Source: Bacteroidota bacterium (GTDB lineage Bacteria > Bacteroidota > Bacteroidia > UKL13-3). Taken from it: 64,000 nt of DNA. A model generated the notes under the pieces. The model ran no database searches. It was not told the origin of the DNA and saw only the letters and a list, made by a program, of their open reading frames with translations. Below, piece by piece: positions 1-11,300 of this stretch; the stretch's first letter is position 1; the number at the start of each line of letters is the position of its first letter. The DNA is taken from assembly GCA_947485745.1 (NCBI GenBank), contig CANKQY010000001.1, forward strand, positions 742 through 64,741, written 5' to 3'. The position numbers and the translations under genes were made by a program.

Positions 1-1239
1 GCAAGAAACTCCATCATAGCCAATGTGAGCAATATTGGTCATAGAGGTTACCACAGTTTAGGTAAAAACAATATTCAATGGGGCGCTTTTGTGCAATCAG
101 AAAAAATACAAGACAAATTGCATGAATGGTACTACGATGATTCATCAGGATTTTCAAGACCTACCCTCGATACCAATGGTAATTTTGTTTTAAGCAATTA
201 CCTAGATACAAGGCTAAACCTCCAATCATTTAGGATTAATGGTTACGTTCAAAATTCACAAACCATTAACAAAACAAATAACGCAGTGCTTACTTATGGC
301 CTAAGGGCAAATTATTGGAGTTATAACAAAGAAACTGTTGTTAGTCCAAGGGTGCAATTTGGGTTTGAACCAAACCGCAAGCACAACCGATTGGTAAAAG
401 ACAAAACCATTGACGGCAAAATTAGAAAAGATTGGATGGTGAGAGCGGCATACGGATGGTATTATCAACCTCCGTTCTACCGCGAGCTAAGAGATTTTAA
501 TGGCGTATTAAATCCTAATATCAAAGCCCAAAGAGCCATACATTATGTGCTTGGCGGCGATTTAAATTTTATAGCTTGGAACAGGCCATTTAAGTTTGTG
601 ACCGAAGCTTATTACAAAAAATTAGATAACCTTATTCCCTATGAAATTGACAATGTACGCATACGTTATTTTGCCAATAACAATAGCAGTGGCTATGCAA
701 CAGGAATTGATTTTAGGGTAAATGGTGAGTTTGTAAAAGGAGCAGAAAGCTGGGCCAGTTTGAGTTTCATGAAAACACAAGAAAAAATTACCGATGCCAT
801 AGATGGGCAAGGCAAGCCAATAACTCCTAGCTATATTCCTAGACCAACCGACCAAAGGTTTACTTTTGCTATTTTCTTTCAAGATTATTTAAGGAGCAAC
901 CCAAAATTTAGGATGAACCTAAACCTAGTTTATGGAAGTGGAATGCCTTTTGGTGTGCCAGATCGCAATAGATACAATGATATTTACAGAATGCCAAGTT
1001 ACCGGAGGGTAGATTTAGGCTTTAACCGTGTACTGATAGCCGATAACACAAAGGAAAGAGACAATTGGTGGAAACGAAATATTAAGTCGGCTTGGCTTGG
1101 CTTGGAAGTATTTAACTTACTAGGCGTTAACAATACCATCAGTTATATATGGATTGAAGATGTGAGCGCCAACAGGTATGCTGTGCCAAATTATTTAACA
1201 AACAGAAGGGTGAATATTAAATTAATGGCCAAGTTTTAA
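1..1239 (+). CDS. TonB-dependent outer-membrane receptor, C-terminal beta-barrel part (5' end lies outside the window)
   Basis: The reading frame is open from base 1, with no in-frame stop before the first ATG at 25. The beta-barrel-like sequence has alternating aromatic/hydrophobic strands and ends in the typical C-terminal ...NIKLMAKF aromatic residue. Confidence 0.55.
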   Translation, partial: ARNSIIANVSNIGHRGYHSLGKNNIQWGAFVQSEKIQDKLHEWYYDDSSGFSRPTLDTNGNFVLSNYLDTRLNLQSFRINGYVQNSQTINKTNNAVLTYGLRANYWSYNKETVVSPRVQFGFEPNRKHNRLVKDKTIDGKIRKDWMVRAAYGWYYQPPFYRELRDFNGVLNPNIKAQRAIHYVLGGDLNFIAWNRPFKFVTEAYYKKLDNLIPYEIDNVRIRYFANNNSSGYATGIDFRVNGEFVKGAESWASLSFMKTQEKITDAIDGQGKPITPSYIPRPTDQRFTFAIFFQDYLRSNPKFRMNLNLVYGSGMPFGVPDRNRYNDIYRMPSYRRVDLGFNRVLIADNTKERDNWWKRNIKSAWLGLEVFNLLGVNNTISYIWIEDVSANRYAVPNYLTNRRVNIKLMAKF

Positions 1240-1255
1240 GGAGCAAATTTTTACC

Positions 1256-3010
1256 ATGAAGCCGAAAGAAAATACTTCTAAAATTCTTGATTGGAAACTT
1301 CTTGTTAAAATTTTCTCCTTGGCTTTGCCTTATCAACGAAAATTTTATACCGCAGTTTTTTTAACACTTTCAATTGCCATATTAGGACCAATCCGACCCT
1401 ATTTAATTCAGCATACGTTAGATACTTATGTGGCTGTTAAAGACCCGCATGGATTGCTAAATTTTTCTTTATTAATTTTTCTATTGCTCATCATTCAATC
1501 TGTTATGCAATGGTGGAGCACCATTTTAGCAAATTTTTTGGGTCAACAAATCATCTACGACCTGCGAAATAAAGTGTACAAACATTTACTTTCATTGAAG
1601 CTAAAGTTTTTTGACCAAACCCCTGTGGGCACTTTAGTGACAAGGAGTGTGAACGATATTGAAACCATCAGCGAGGTGTTTAGCGAAGGCATGATTAACA
1701 TTGCAGGAGATATTCTTCAAATTGTATTTTTGCTTGTTTTAATGTTTGGAACCAATGTTAAACTATCACTCGTTTGTTTGTCGGTTCTACCATTTTTATT
1801 TTACAGTGGATACCTATTCAAAGAGAAGATCAAAGAAAGTTTTGAGGAGGTGAGAAACGAAGTAGCTAAGCTTAATACTTTTGTTCAGGAGCATTTAAGT
1901 GGCATGCAAATAGTGCAACTATTTAACCGAGAGGAAAGGGAATATGAGTCGTTTAAAGAAATAAACAAACGTCACCGAGATGCAAATATCAAAAGCGTAT
2001 TTTATTACTCAGTTTTCTTCCCAGTGGTTGAGGTATTATCTGCTATTTCCATAGGCTTATTAGTCTGGTATGGAGCCAAAGGTGTGCTAACCCAAGATAT
2101 TACCATTGGCACTTTAATTGCCTTTATTCTTTATATCAACTTATTTTTTAGACCCATAAGAACGCTTGCCGATAGATTTAATAATTTACAAATGGGCATG
2201 ATAGCCTCTGAAAGAATTTTTTTGTTGATGGAAGATGAAAGAGATAAAGAAATTGAAGGAACAATAGCATTAACCCATACCAATGGCAATATTCAATTTA
2301 AAGATGTTTATTTTTCATATATACCTGGGCAAGCAGTATTAAAAAACATCAACTTCCAAGTAGAAAAAGGAAAAACGATTGCCTTGGTTGGCGCAACAGG
2401 AGCTGGCAAATCTAGTATTATTAACCTATTGAGCAGGTTCTATGAAATTGAATCGGGTTCTATTTTAATGGATGGACATTCAATTAATGATTATACCTTA
2501 GCAAGTTTACGAAAAAAAATAAGTGTGGTCATGCAAGATGTTTTTCTGTTTACTGGAACCATTATAGAAAACGTTCAGCTATACGACAAAAGCATATCTG
2601 AAGAAAAAATAATTGCTACAGCAAAGCTATTAGGAGCCCATCATTTCATTAGCAATATGCCAAATGGCTACCACCAAAAAGTAACAGAGAGAGGAGCAAA
2701 TCTATCGGTGGGTCAAAGGCAATTGATTTCATTTGTAAGGGCAATGGTAGTAGATCCTGCTATACTTGTTTTAGATGAAGCCACATCCTCCATTGACCAT
2801 GAAACGGAGGAGATTATTCAAGAAGCAATCATTAAAATGCGCGAAGGCAGAAGCAGCATTGTAATTGCGCACAGACTAAGTACCATAGCCAATGCCGATG
2901 AAATATTGGTATTAGAAAAAGGCGAAATTGTAGAGCGTGGCACCCACAACAACCTACTTCAAAATAGCGGTTACTACAAAAAATTGTACGAACACCAATT
3001 TGCAGATTAG
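1256..3010 (+). CDS. ABC transporter permease/ATP-binding protein, MsbA-like exporter (584 aa)
   Basis: An N-terminal six-TM domain is followed by a nucleotide-binding domain with Walker A GATGAGKSS, ABC signature LSVGQRQL, Walker B ILVLDEATS and an H-loop IAHRL. Confidence 0.9.
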   Translation: MKPKENTSKILDWKLLVKIFSLALPYQRKFYTAVFLTLSIAILGPIRPYLIQHTLDTYVAVKDPHGLLNFSLLIFLLLIIQSVMQWWSTILANFLGQQIIYDLRNKVYKHLLSLKLKFFDQTPVGTLVTRSVNDIETISEVFSEGMINIAGDILQIVFLLVLMFGTNVKLSLVCLSVLPFLFYSGYLFKEKIKESFEEVRNEVAKLNTFVQEHLSGMQIVQLFNREEREYESFKEINKRHRDANIKSVFYYSVFFPVVEVLSAISIGLLVWYGAKGVLTQDITIGTLIAFILYINLFFRPIRTLADRFNNLQMGMIASERIFLLMEDERDKEIEGTIALTHTNGNIQFKDVYFSYIPGQAVLKNINFQVEKGKTIALVGATGAGKSSIINLLSRFYEIESGSILMDGHSINDYTLASLRKKISVVMQDVFLFTGTIIENVQLYDKSISEEKIIATAKLLGAHHFISNMPNGYHQKVTERGANLSVGQRQLISFVRAMVVDPAILVLDEATSSIDHETEEIIQEAIIKMREGRSSIVIAHRLSTIANADEILVLEKGEIVERGTHNNLLQNSGYYKKLYEHQFAD

Positions 3011-3133
3011 GTGCAAATGTCAAAATAATGGCCAGCAAATGATTGGGTCATTGAATATTCAAAATTGTATTTGAACTGGCCCACTTCAAAATCTATTATT
3101 TTCTTATATTCGCAAAACATAAAATTTAAACGT

Positions 3134-3877
3134 ATGAATCTATCTGGAAAAACAGTTTTGGTCACTGGCGCTTCGCGCGGAATTGGCAAAGGCATTGCCC
3201 AAACTTTAGCGGCAGCTGGTGCCAATATTGCCTTTACTTTTGTGAGTTCTGTTGAAAAAGCACAAGCATTTGAAAAAGAATTAGTGGCATCGGGCGTTAA
3301 AGCCAAAGGATACCAAAGCAATGCCGCAGATTTTTCTGAAGCCGAAAAGTTAGTAGAAGAGATTATGAAAGAATTTGGTAGCCTTGATGTATTGGTAAAT
3401 AATGCCGGTATTACCAGAGATAATTTACTCATGCGCATGAGCGAACAACAGTGGGACGATGTGTTAGATACCAATTTAAAATCGGCATTTGCCATGACAA
3501 AAGCGGCCATAAAACCAATGATGAAAGCCAAAGCTGGCTCTATTATCAATATTACATCTATTGTTGGTATTACTGGCAATGCTGGCCAGGCCAACTATGC
3601 CGCTTCCAAAGCAGGTATGATAGGCTTAACTAAATCTGTAGCCAAAGAATTAGGTTCAAGAAACATTAGGTGTAATGCCATAGCACCTGGTTTTATAGAA
3701 ACCGAAATGACCGAAACATTGAGTGAAGAAGTACGCGCAGAATGGGTGAAAGGAATTCCTTTGAAACGTGGTGGAAAACCAGAAGATGTTGCCAATTGCG
3801 TATTGTTCTTAGCTTCCGATGCTTCTGCATATATTAGCGGCCAAACCATCAACGTTTGTGGTGGTATGGTTATGTAA
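3134..3877 (+). CDS. fabG: 3-oxoacyl-[acyl-carrier-protein] reductase (SDR family)
   Basis: The protein starts MNLSGKTVLVTGASRGIGKGIA (TGxxxGIG Rossmann motif) and contains NNAGITRD plus the YxxxK catalytic motif (YAASKAG). The true ATG is at 3134; the ORF-track start at 3065 is an upstream extension. Confidence 0.9.
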   Translation: MNLSGKTVLVTGASRGIGKGIAQTLAAAGANIAFTFVSSVEKAQAFEKELVASGVKAKGYQSNAADFSEAEKLVEEIMKEFGSLDVLVNNAGITRDNLLMRMSEQQWDDVLDTNLKSAFAMTKAAIKPMMKAKAGSIINITSIVGITGNAGQANYAASKAGMIGLTKSVAKELGSRNIRCNAIAPGFIETEMTETLSEEVRAEWVKGIPLKRGGKPEDVANCVLFLASDASAYISGQTINVCGGMVM

Positions 3878-5973
3878 GTATTCAATTCATGTTTTTTAAT
3901 TCTGCTTATCCGGTTTTATGGTTACTGGCCAGTTTTGCATTGGCCCTTGGGGTAAGCTATGCACTGTATAGGAATAATCCCCTTAAGTTTAGCAATAAAT
4001 GGATGGAATATACCATCATGGTTACTCGCTTCTTAGTTGTTTTCTTGATTTGTTTTTTACTGCTTGAACCCATGATAAAATGGGTAACAGAAAGAAAAGA
4101 AAAACCTATTTTAGTATTGGCCATTGATAACAGTGAATCTATGAAGCAAAGCAAAGATTCTAGCTACTTAAACAATTTATTTAGCAATGACTTAGCATCA
4201 TTTAAAGAGGCTGTCTCAAATAGATTTGATGTTGTTACTTATACTTTAGGTGAAAAAACGAAGAAAGAAAATACCTATAGCTTCAAAGAAAAATTAAGTA
4301 ATATATCTGATGCGTTGGTTCAGATAGAAAACGACCAGTATAACTTAAACCATACGGCAACTATACTCATAAGTGATGGTATTTATAACCAAGGAAGTAA
4401 TCCTACTTATGCTTTGCAAAAAGGTTCGGCTCCCATATACACCATTGCCATTGGCGATACCACGCAAAAAAAAGATGCCCTCATTGGTAAGGTAAAGCAT
4501 AGCAATACAGTTTATGCTGGCAACGACTTTGAAGTAATGGCAGATGTAAAAGCTTTTTTCTGTAATGGCGAAAACATCAACATCAGTTTGAGTGAGGGCA
4601 ATGAATTATTGTTTAGCTCAAATATAATAGCGCGTGGCAATAGCTTTTACAGCACACAAAAAATAAGGTTGATCAACGCCAAAGAAGGCTTGCATACCTA
4701 CCAAATAAGTATTGCACCCTTAAACAAAGAGTCGAATCTATTGAATAATAAAATACAAATTCAAGTAAATGTGGTTCGAACCAAACAAAAGATAGTATTA
4801 CTTTATTTAAACGCTCACCCAGATATTGGCGCCATTGTAAAAAGCCTAGAAGACAATCCAAACTATGAGCTCTCTAGCTATTCATTGTCTGATTACAAAG
4901 ATGAAGGCATGAATGAGGCAAGTATGTTTATCCTGCATCAAGTGCCAGGTGCAAGAGGAGAAGGCTTTAAATTATTGCAACGTTTGCAACAAAATAATGT
5001 CCCTATTTTTCATATCATAGGTAGGCAAACTGGCTTAGCCTTTTTAGCCAATGCAGGCACTTTAAAAATAACCGGACCAGCGCAAAATAGCAATGAATCA
5101 CAAGCGTGGGTGAACGATAATTTTCCTTATTTTCAAATAGACGAAAATCTAAAGATGAGTATCCAGAAATTTGCTCCTCTTACCTCGCCTTATGGCAATT
5201 ACCAAATACCTGCCGAAGCACCTATACTTTTATTTCAACAAATAGGTTTAGTAAAAACAAATACTCCGCTTTTATTTTTTACCAATTCAAAAGGATTTAA
5301 CCAATCATTCCTATGCGGAGAGGGCTTCTGGCGTTGGCGTTTGCAAGATTTCGTTTTGAACCAAAACCAATTCAATACCCAAACTTTTATTTCTAAAATT
5401 ATTCAATGGACAGCAGGTAAAAACGACCGAAGCAAATTTAGGGTCAACCCTAGCAAAAAATTCTATGACGAAAATGAATCGGTGGTTTTTGAAGCAGAAC
5501 TTTTTAATGAGCTCAATGAAAGAATAAACAACAAAGAAATTAGCCTAACCTTAAAAAATGAGGCGCAAAAAACATTTAACTTTCAATTTAGTAAAACAGG
5601 GCAAGCTTATAACTTAGATATTGGAAATATTGCTCCTGGAAAATACTCCTATGAGGCAAAAGTAAATAGTGCAACAAATTTAAATGTACCCAAAGGCCAA
5701 ATTCATATCAGGTCGTTACAAATAGAAGCCATGCAAACCAAGGCAGATTATCAGTTATTGGAAGCAATATCATCTGAAACAAATGGCAAGGCTTATACCA
5801 AAAATGATTGGCAAAAATTAGCTGCCGAATTGCTAGAAAATAGCAATATGAAAACAGTTGTTTACAAGCAAGATGAGCTAAAGAATTTGTTGCATCAAAA
5901 ATGGATTTTCTTTCTAATACTAGTGTTGCTCAGCCTTGAATGGCTTACAAGGAAATGGAATGGCTTTATTTAG
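3856..5973 (+). CDS. Membrane protein with a von Willebrand factor A-like (MIDAS DxSxS) domain; start may instead be the ATG at 3889
   Basis: It has N-terminal TM helices, the motif ILVLAIDNSESM (DxSxS), a long extracytoplasmic region and a C-terminal TM (IFFLILVLLSLEWL). It overlaps the 3' end of fabG if 3856 is used as the start. Confidence 0.5.
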   Translation: MWWYGYVSIQFMFFNSAYPVLWLLASFALALGVSYALYRNNPLKFSNKWMEYTIMVTRFLVVFLICFLLLEPMIKWVTERKEKPILVLAIDNSESMKQSKDSSYLNNLFSNDLASFKEAVSNRFDVVTYTLGEKTKKENTYSFKEKLSNISDALVQIENDQYNLNHTATILISDGIYNQGSNPTYALQKGSAPIYTIAIGDTTQKKDALIGKVKHSNTVYAGNDFEVMADVKAFFCNGENINISLSEGNELLFSSNIIARGNSFYSTQKIRLINAKEGLHTYQISIAPLNKESNLLNNKIQIQVNVVRTKQKIVLLYLNAHPDIGAIVKSLEDNPNYELSSYSLSDYKDEGMNEASMFILHQVPGARGEGFKLLQRLQQNNVPIFHIIGRQTGLAFLANAGTLKITGPAQNSNESQAWVNDNFPYFQIDENLKMSIQKFAPLTSPYGNYQIPAEAPILLFQQIGLVKTNTPLLFFTNSKGFNQSFLCGEGFWRWRLQDFVLNQNQFNTQTFISKIIQWTAGKNDRSKFRVNPSKKFYDENESVVFEAELFNELNERINNKEISLTLKNEAQKTFNFQFSKTGQAYNLDIGNIAPGKYSYEAKVNSATNLNVPKGQIHIRSLQIEAMQTKADYQLLEAISSETNGKAYTKNDWQKLAAELLENSNMKTVVYKQDELKNLLHQKWIFFLILVLLSLEWLTRKWNGFI

Positions 5974-6050
5974 TTGTTTTTTTACGCACAAAGCCTGCAA
6001 TCAAATTTTTTAATGCTTAGACAGCCTTTTAAATGGCTGATTGGTTAACC

Positions 6051-6644
6051 TTATTGCTCCTTCATACCTTTGTTGAAACAATGCCTACATCTTGCCTCAT
6101 AGCTATCCTTTTCGCCAAGCATAATGAGTGATTCATGACTAGTCTTTCGAAAAGAATGAGTAGCTAAATCTCCACAAACCATGCAAATGGCATGTACCTT
6201 GGTAACATATTCTGCAATGGCCATTAATTGAGGCATTACCCCAAAGGGCTTACCTAAATAATCCATATCAAGACCTGCAACTATAACCCTAATGCCTTGT
6301 TCAGCCAATTTTTCACATACATAAAGCAATTCGCTATCAAAAAATTGAGCCTCATCAATGCCAACTACAGTGGCATCATTGCTCATCAACAAAATATTCA
6401 AAGAATTACTAACTGGGGTTGATAAAATGGCATTATCATTGTGCGATACAACTTTGGTTTCATCATATCGAACATCAACGGTAGGCTTAAAAATTTCAAC
6501 TTTTTGATTGGCTATTTTTGCCCTATTTATTCTCCTAATTAGCTCCTCCGTTTTGCCCGAAAACATGGAACCACAAATAACTTCAACCCATCCTTTACGT
6601 TGGTTTAAATTATGCCTTGGTTCTATAAACATTTGTTCAATCAT
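6051..6644 (-). CDS. tdk: Thymidine kinase
   Basis: P-loop GSMFSGKTEEL, GIDEAQFF and a C-terminal zinc ribbon (CMVCG...CRHCF) are all present. Confidence 0.9.
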   Translation of the reverse strand: MIEQMFIEPRHNLNQRKGWVEVICGSMFSGKTEELIRRINRAKIANQKVEIFKPTVDVRYDETKVVSHNDNAILSTPVSNSLNILLMSNDATVVGIDEAQFFDSELLYVCEKLAEQGIRVIVAGLDMDYLGKPFGVMPQLMAIAEYVTKVHAICMVCGDLATHSFRKTSHESLIMLGEKDSYEARCRHCFNKGMKEQ

Positions 6645-6709
6645 GTGTTTGCTCTACTATGCTAAATGGCCAACTAATATCTTAAATTGTTGATTATTTT
6701 ATTTCAATT

Positions 6710-7693
6710 ATGTTAAAATTTGTAGAAATAAAGATGCAAGTTATGAATTCTCTTCAGTTGGTAAGCAAAATCAGGTCGAAAACAGACCATCTCAATCAAA
6801 ATATTTCAGAATTACTAAATGGCAAGCTTCCATTTAATAGTATAGACAAGGATGTATTGAAAAAGCAATGTCTTGATTTATACGAACTTATTTTAAAATT
6901 AAAAACAGATTCAGAGCTTATTGAAGAGAAAAACATCCAAAAAAGTTTTCAGCAAATTACCCAAGAAATTGAGGTTCCAAGTTCGGTTCAAACCAAAATT
7001 GAAGAGAAAAAAATTGAACCCGAACCAATATTGCCAATAGAAGAGCCAAAAGAAACCTTCATAGAAAAATTAATAGAACCTGTTGTAGCAACCCAAAATT
7101 TTCAAGAGGTAATTTTCTTGGCCGATAAAAAAATGGAGTCGTTGGATGAAATTATTAGTAAGGTAGAAATTCAAGAAACAGCAGAAATTCTAGTTGCTGA
7201 AGATTCATTTGTTGCTGAGGATATAGAAATAGAGGAAATGGAAATTGCATCATTCGAAAACAGAGATCTTCCTCCTGTAAACATTGAAAAGGCTATTGAA
7301 AACAAAAGAATTCAATATACCGTAATGCCAGATAGAGAGGAGCAAAAAACAGTGCCACTCAATGCCACTTTCAAGGAAAAAGAACTTACCTATAACGAAA
7401 AAATTGCCCAGGTAAATCCACCAGTGATTATCCCAATGGCCGAGAATACCATTGAAGCACCTATAGATAGTATCAAATCTGCCATTAACCTCAATAAGAA
7501 GATTTCATTTGTAAACGAGCTATTTAAAGAAAATGTGGTTGAATACGCCAAAGCAATTGACCGCATGAACAATGCAAATGATAGAAATGATGCCTTCCGA
7601 ATTTACAACGAGTTAAAGCACCATTACAATTGGGACAATAACCATGAATTGGTGCACGACATAGAAAGATTGATTAAGCGCAGGTTTACTTAA
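6710..7693 (+). CDS. Hypothetical acidic (Glu/Ile-rich) protein
   Basis: A 327-aa ORF with strong coding periodicity, a low-complexity acidic centre and a conserved-looking C-terminal region (…YNELKHHYNWDNNHELVHDIERL). No recognisable catalytic motif. Confidence 0.45.
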   Translation: MLKFVEIKMQVMNSLQLVSKIRSKTDHLNQNISELLNGKLPFNSIDKDVLKKQCLDLYELILKLKTDSELIEEKNIQKSFQQITQEIEVPSSVQTKIEEKKIEPEPILPIEEPKETFIEKLIEPVVATQNFQEVIFLADKKMESLDEIISKVEIQETAEILVAEDSFVAEDIEIEEMEIASFENRDLPPVNIEKAIENKRIQYTVMPDREEQKTVPLNATFKEKELTYNEKIAQVNPPVIIPMAENTIEAPIDSIKSAINLNKKISFVNELFKENVVEYAKAIDRMNNANDRNDAFRIYNELKHHYNWDNNHELVHDIERLIKRRFT

Positions 7694-8133
7694 TCAATTT
7701 TCTTTTCAAAAATTCTCACCAACAATTCATCTAATTTTTTAATATCCTCAGGCAAATTAGGATCACGTGTATCCCACTTCCACTCCTGCAATTCAACACC
7801 TTTTCTCAGCCTTACAAAATGCGTTTCTTCGCCAATGGTATAAATGGTATTGTTGCTTTGCTTCATTTGATCAACCGTAGCATAAATAAATTCTGCATCC
7901 TTTTCTTTTACTTTTTTGTACTCTGTATACCTATTGGTAATAGTACTTTTTTGAAATAACTGTCCATTCTCTGACAAAATATAAGTATTGGTACCACCCG
8001 TTTTTTGATTCATGTAACCAAATTCCAACCTTAATTCTGGAATGGTGTCTCTGGTATATTTCTTACTACTGCATGAAAATAGCATTATACTTGCCATCAA
8101 AAATGCCCCTAAACTACCCTTAAATACTTTCAT
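7690..8133 (-). CDS. Hypothetical lipoprotein
   Basis: A signal peptide with lipobox (…ASIMLFSCSSKK) and a 147-aa product. Confidence 0.5.
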   Translation of the reverse strand: MKVFKGSLGAFLMASIMLFSCSSKKYTRDTIPELRLEFGYMNQKTGGTNTYILSENGQLFQKSTITNRYTEYKKVKEKDAEFIYATVDQMKQSNNTIYTIGEETHFVRLRKGVELQEWKWDTRDPNLPEDIKKLDELLVRIFEKKID

Positions 8134-8269
8134 AGTTTACCTAATTAATGTTGTATTAAAATTGTTTGCCAAGTTTATCATGCAATATCATAACAAATCA
8201 AATATAATGCCAATTGCTTTGATAAAATAATCACTCAAATAATTATACTATTTAGCTTGAGGCATATGC

Positions 8270-8306
8270 AAAAAAAAACCTTCCCAATTTCTTGGGAAGG
8301 TTTTTC
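8270..8306 (-). terminator. Rho-independent terminator, probably bidirectional
   Basis: The sequence is aaaaaaaaACCTTCCCAAtttcTTGGGAAGGTttttt: a perfect 10-bp stem with an A-run on one side and a T-run on the other. It lies just after the stop of the 2037-aa gene. Confidence 0.6.
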
Positions 8307-8310
8307 TAAA

Positions 8311-11300
8311 TTACTCTCGCAATAGCGTTATGGTTCCCCTTACGGTTACCTCCTCTTTGCCTCTCAATTGGTATTTGAAAACAAAATAGTAAGTACCTTC
8401 TGGGTTATCTTCTCCGGTATTGTTGGTTTTTCCATTCCACATTACTTTCGCATCTGTGCTTTCGAAAACTTTACCACCCCAACGATTCCAAATTTTCAAA
8501 TCATAAACTTCATTACCCTTAATTTTAATATTGAAAACATCATTATAGCCGTCGCCATTTGGTGTGAAAACGTTAGGGATATCAATTTCAGTTTGAAAGT
8601 TATTATTTACTTTCTTACATACCGAATCGTAACAATTGTCAACTCCTTCAGTTAAAGCCCAAATACAAATCCAGAAATCACCTGTATCGTTTTTAAAATC
8701 AACTACACCTAAGTGGAAATATGGATCATTGTTACTTGGAACATACAATTTAGGCAAATACTCAGAACCATCTGGTCTATATATTGCCCAATAGTAGCTG
8801 CTTGCATTGGCACTATCACTCTTGTTTAAAACAGCATATTTAGGCAATTCAATAAGCGTTGCATCCAAATCTGCTTTGGTTTTCAAAGCTGTTACCTGAA
8901 CCGTATCTTTAGATTCACACTTAGGAGTGTTTGGAATAAACCTAGTTGAATGCATTACCAAATTATACTTACCTGATTGGTAGAAAACATACTTAAAGGC
9001 AGAATCTTGATCAAAATTTGTTTTGAATGCAGTATCTGCTATTGCGGTAAAGTTTTCATTGAAAGCATACATTCTAAATTTGGTAATGGTATCCATGTCA
9101 GAAAGATTGCTCACTTTAAATACTTCACCTACGCAAACTTTATCCTTATCGGTTTCCATTTCTACATGATAAGGATTTTTCACGTAAATCTTAATTGCTT
9201 TTTCAAGACCATTTATTGTATCTGGTATAATAATTGGTGGGCAAGTTGCCAACACTGGTGGGTTCTTATCATAGCCAGCTGCAGTTATGTAGTAAATACC
9301 TTCTGTATCGTATATGATGTCAATGGTATCTGGATTATTGGTAACAATGGCATTGTAAACACCATCCGACCTACCAGAACGAATTAAGGTTGATGCTGTA
9401 GCACTTAGTGTTCCCGAATCGTTTGGAAAACTCACTACCCTCACCTTATAAGGAACGCAGCCTAACGTATCACTTAACAATTTAATCCTTGGTCTTGGTC
9501 CTGAAATATACACATCTTGCCTAGTGGTATCAAAACAACCTTGGTTGGTTTCTATCACCATCATTACATTGTACCAACCATTTTTCCTATATGGATAATA
9601 TGGATTTAATAAAGTAGAGAAGTAATTGTCTTTACCGTAACCATTGTCTCCAAACCACCACCTGCGCTCTTTAATTTGATCGCAAGGATAGCCTGTCGTA
9701 GCAAAGCAATTATCAATTACATAAGATGAGTCGAAGAAAATAGTTGGATCGCTACAAGCAAATATTCCCTTACTTAAGAATTTTGCTTTTGGCTCCACTA
9801 CATCCTGGTACATAAAACAAGTATCAAAATAACCAACTGTATCTCTTGTAATCATAGAAATTTTAAACTTGCCTGGCTTGTCAAACTTATAAGATGGATT
9901 CTTTCCAGTGGCATCAATAATACCATCTGATTGGAAATCCCAATAGATTCTTTCATAGAAATTGGTGTCTACTTTTACACAGAAATTGTAAATATTAGGT
10001 GCTGTTCCTTGCTGAATAAACTGCCAGCCGGTGGCACAACTATTAGCTATGGTAGAATAATATTTCGTAACATTAGGGAAGGTTTTTATTGAATCAATTG
10101 GATAATTGATCATACCTGCTCCATGTAAATCCAAAAATCTCAAAAGAGGCTCCTCTCCCGGTGAAAGCGGCCTTGAAGGATTATATTGCCCACCCGATTT
10201 AGGATACCAATACCTGATTGAATCTACAAAGTTTACTGTTTGTCCAATACATAAAACACCATCCGACAGGTTATTGCCCTCCTTCATGTAGAAGGTATCC
10301 ATTACACCAATAACTATTTGGCGACTAGCAGCGTTTGTGCACTCTGTAACTGTAACAACGTTATGTTGAACCTCTGTTATTTCGTTCTTTTTCAAAGTAG
10401 AACCCGGAGCTGCTGGCATTTCGTACGACGACATAAAATACTGGTGACGCACAGGATGCAAAAAGAATGCGGTATCTATTAAAGTATTTACCTGTTTAAT
10501 AGCCTGTGGAGGATACTGGTGAGTTGGATCTGTACATTGCCAAATGGTATCAAACCTCACAGATTTAAATACCCTTACCCCAACTGGATATGGTATGGTT
10601 TGTGATAAAATTGTCCATGGCGCTGTTTCCGCAGAAAACTGGTAACGTACTCGATTTCTCGGATAGGTATTCTTTTCAAAAAACGCACTGTCATTGGGGA
10701 AATTAATTGGGTCTAATTTCACAAAAGTATCTTCCGCATTGGTATAAAATGAGTCAACAGTTAAAGTACCATCTGCCCAATCCCAAACATCGGCCAAAAT
10801 AAAATCTTGTTGCTTGGTATTTGCATCAAATTCAATAATATCACCTTTACCAAACAACCTGCTCCAAGGCTCACGATAACCACCATTTGGCGTAAACAAC
10901 AATGGCGGTGTACCAGCTGGGTTTGTTTGAATAAAGTTTCGAGTAGTATCCCATCCATAATCTTGGCTTGGCAACATACTAGGATTTCCATAAGCTGAAT
11001 AGCCACCCACTTTTCTATAAGTGAATTTTGCATCTAAGCTAATAAAGTGGAAAAAGTTATGGTACCAAACGGTATCGGTAAAACAGGCTGGCTGACTAGC
11101 AGGTGTGCCACATGTACTGATATTTAAACAGCCAGTACCTAATATTAACCCAACTGTAACATAACCTCTTTTATCCTTTGGACTATTTGTATAAGGCCAA
11201 GCTCCATTTGGTTTGTAATGAGTCCAGTTAACTGCACCATTTGGATCTGTCCAAGGACCACCTGGGAATGGAGGGAAATTAACCAAATTAAAGAAACCAG

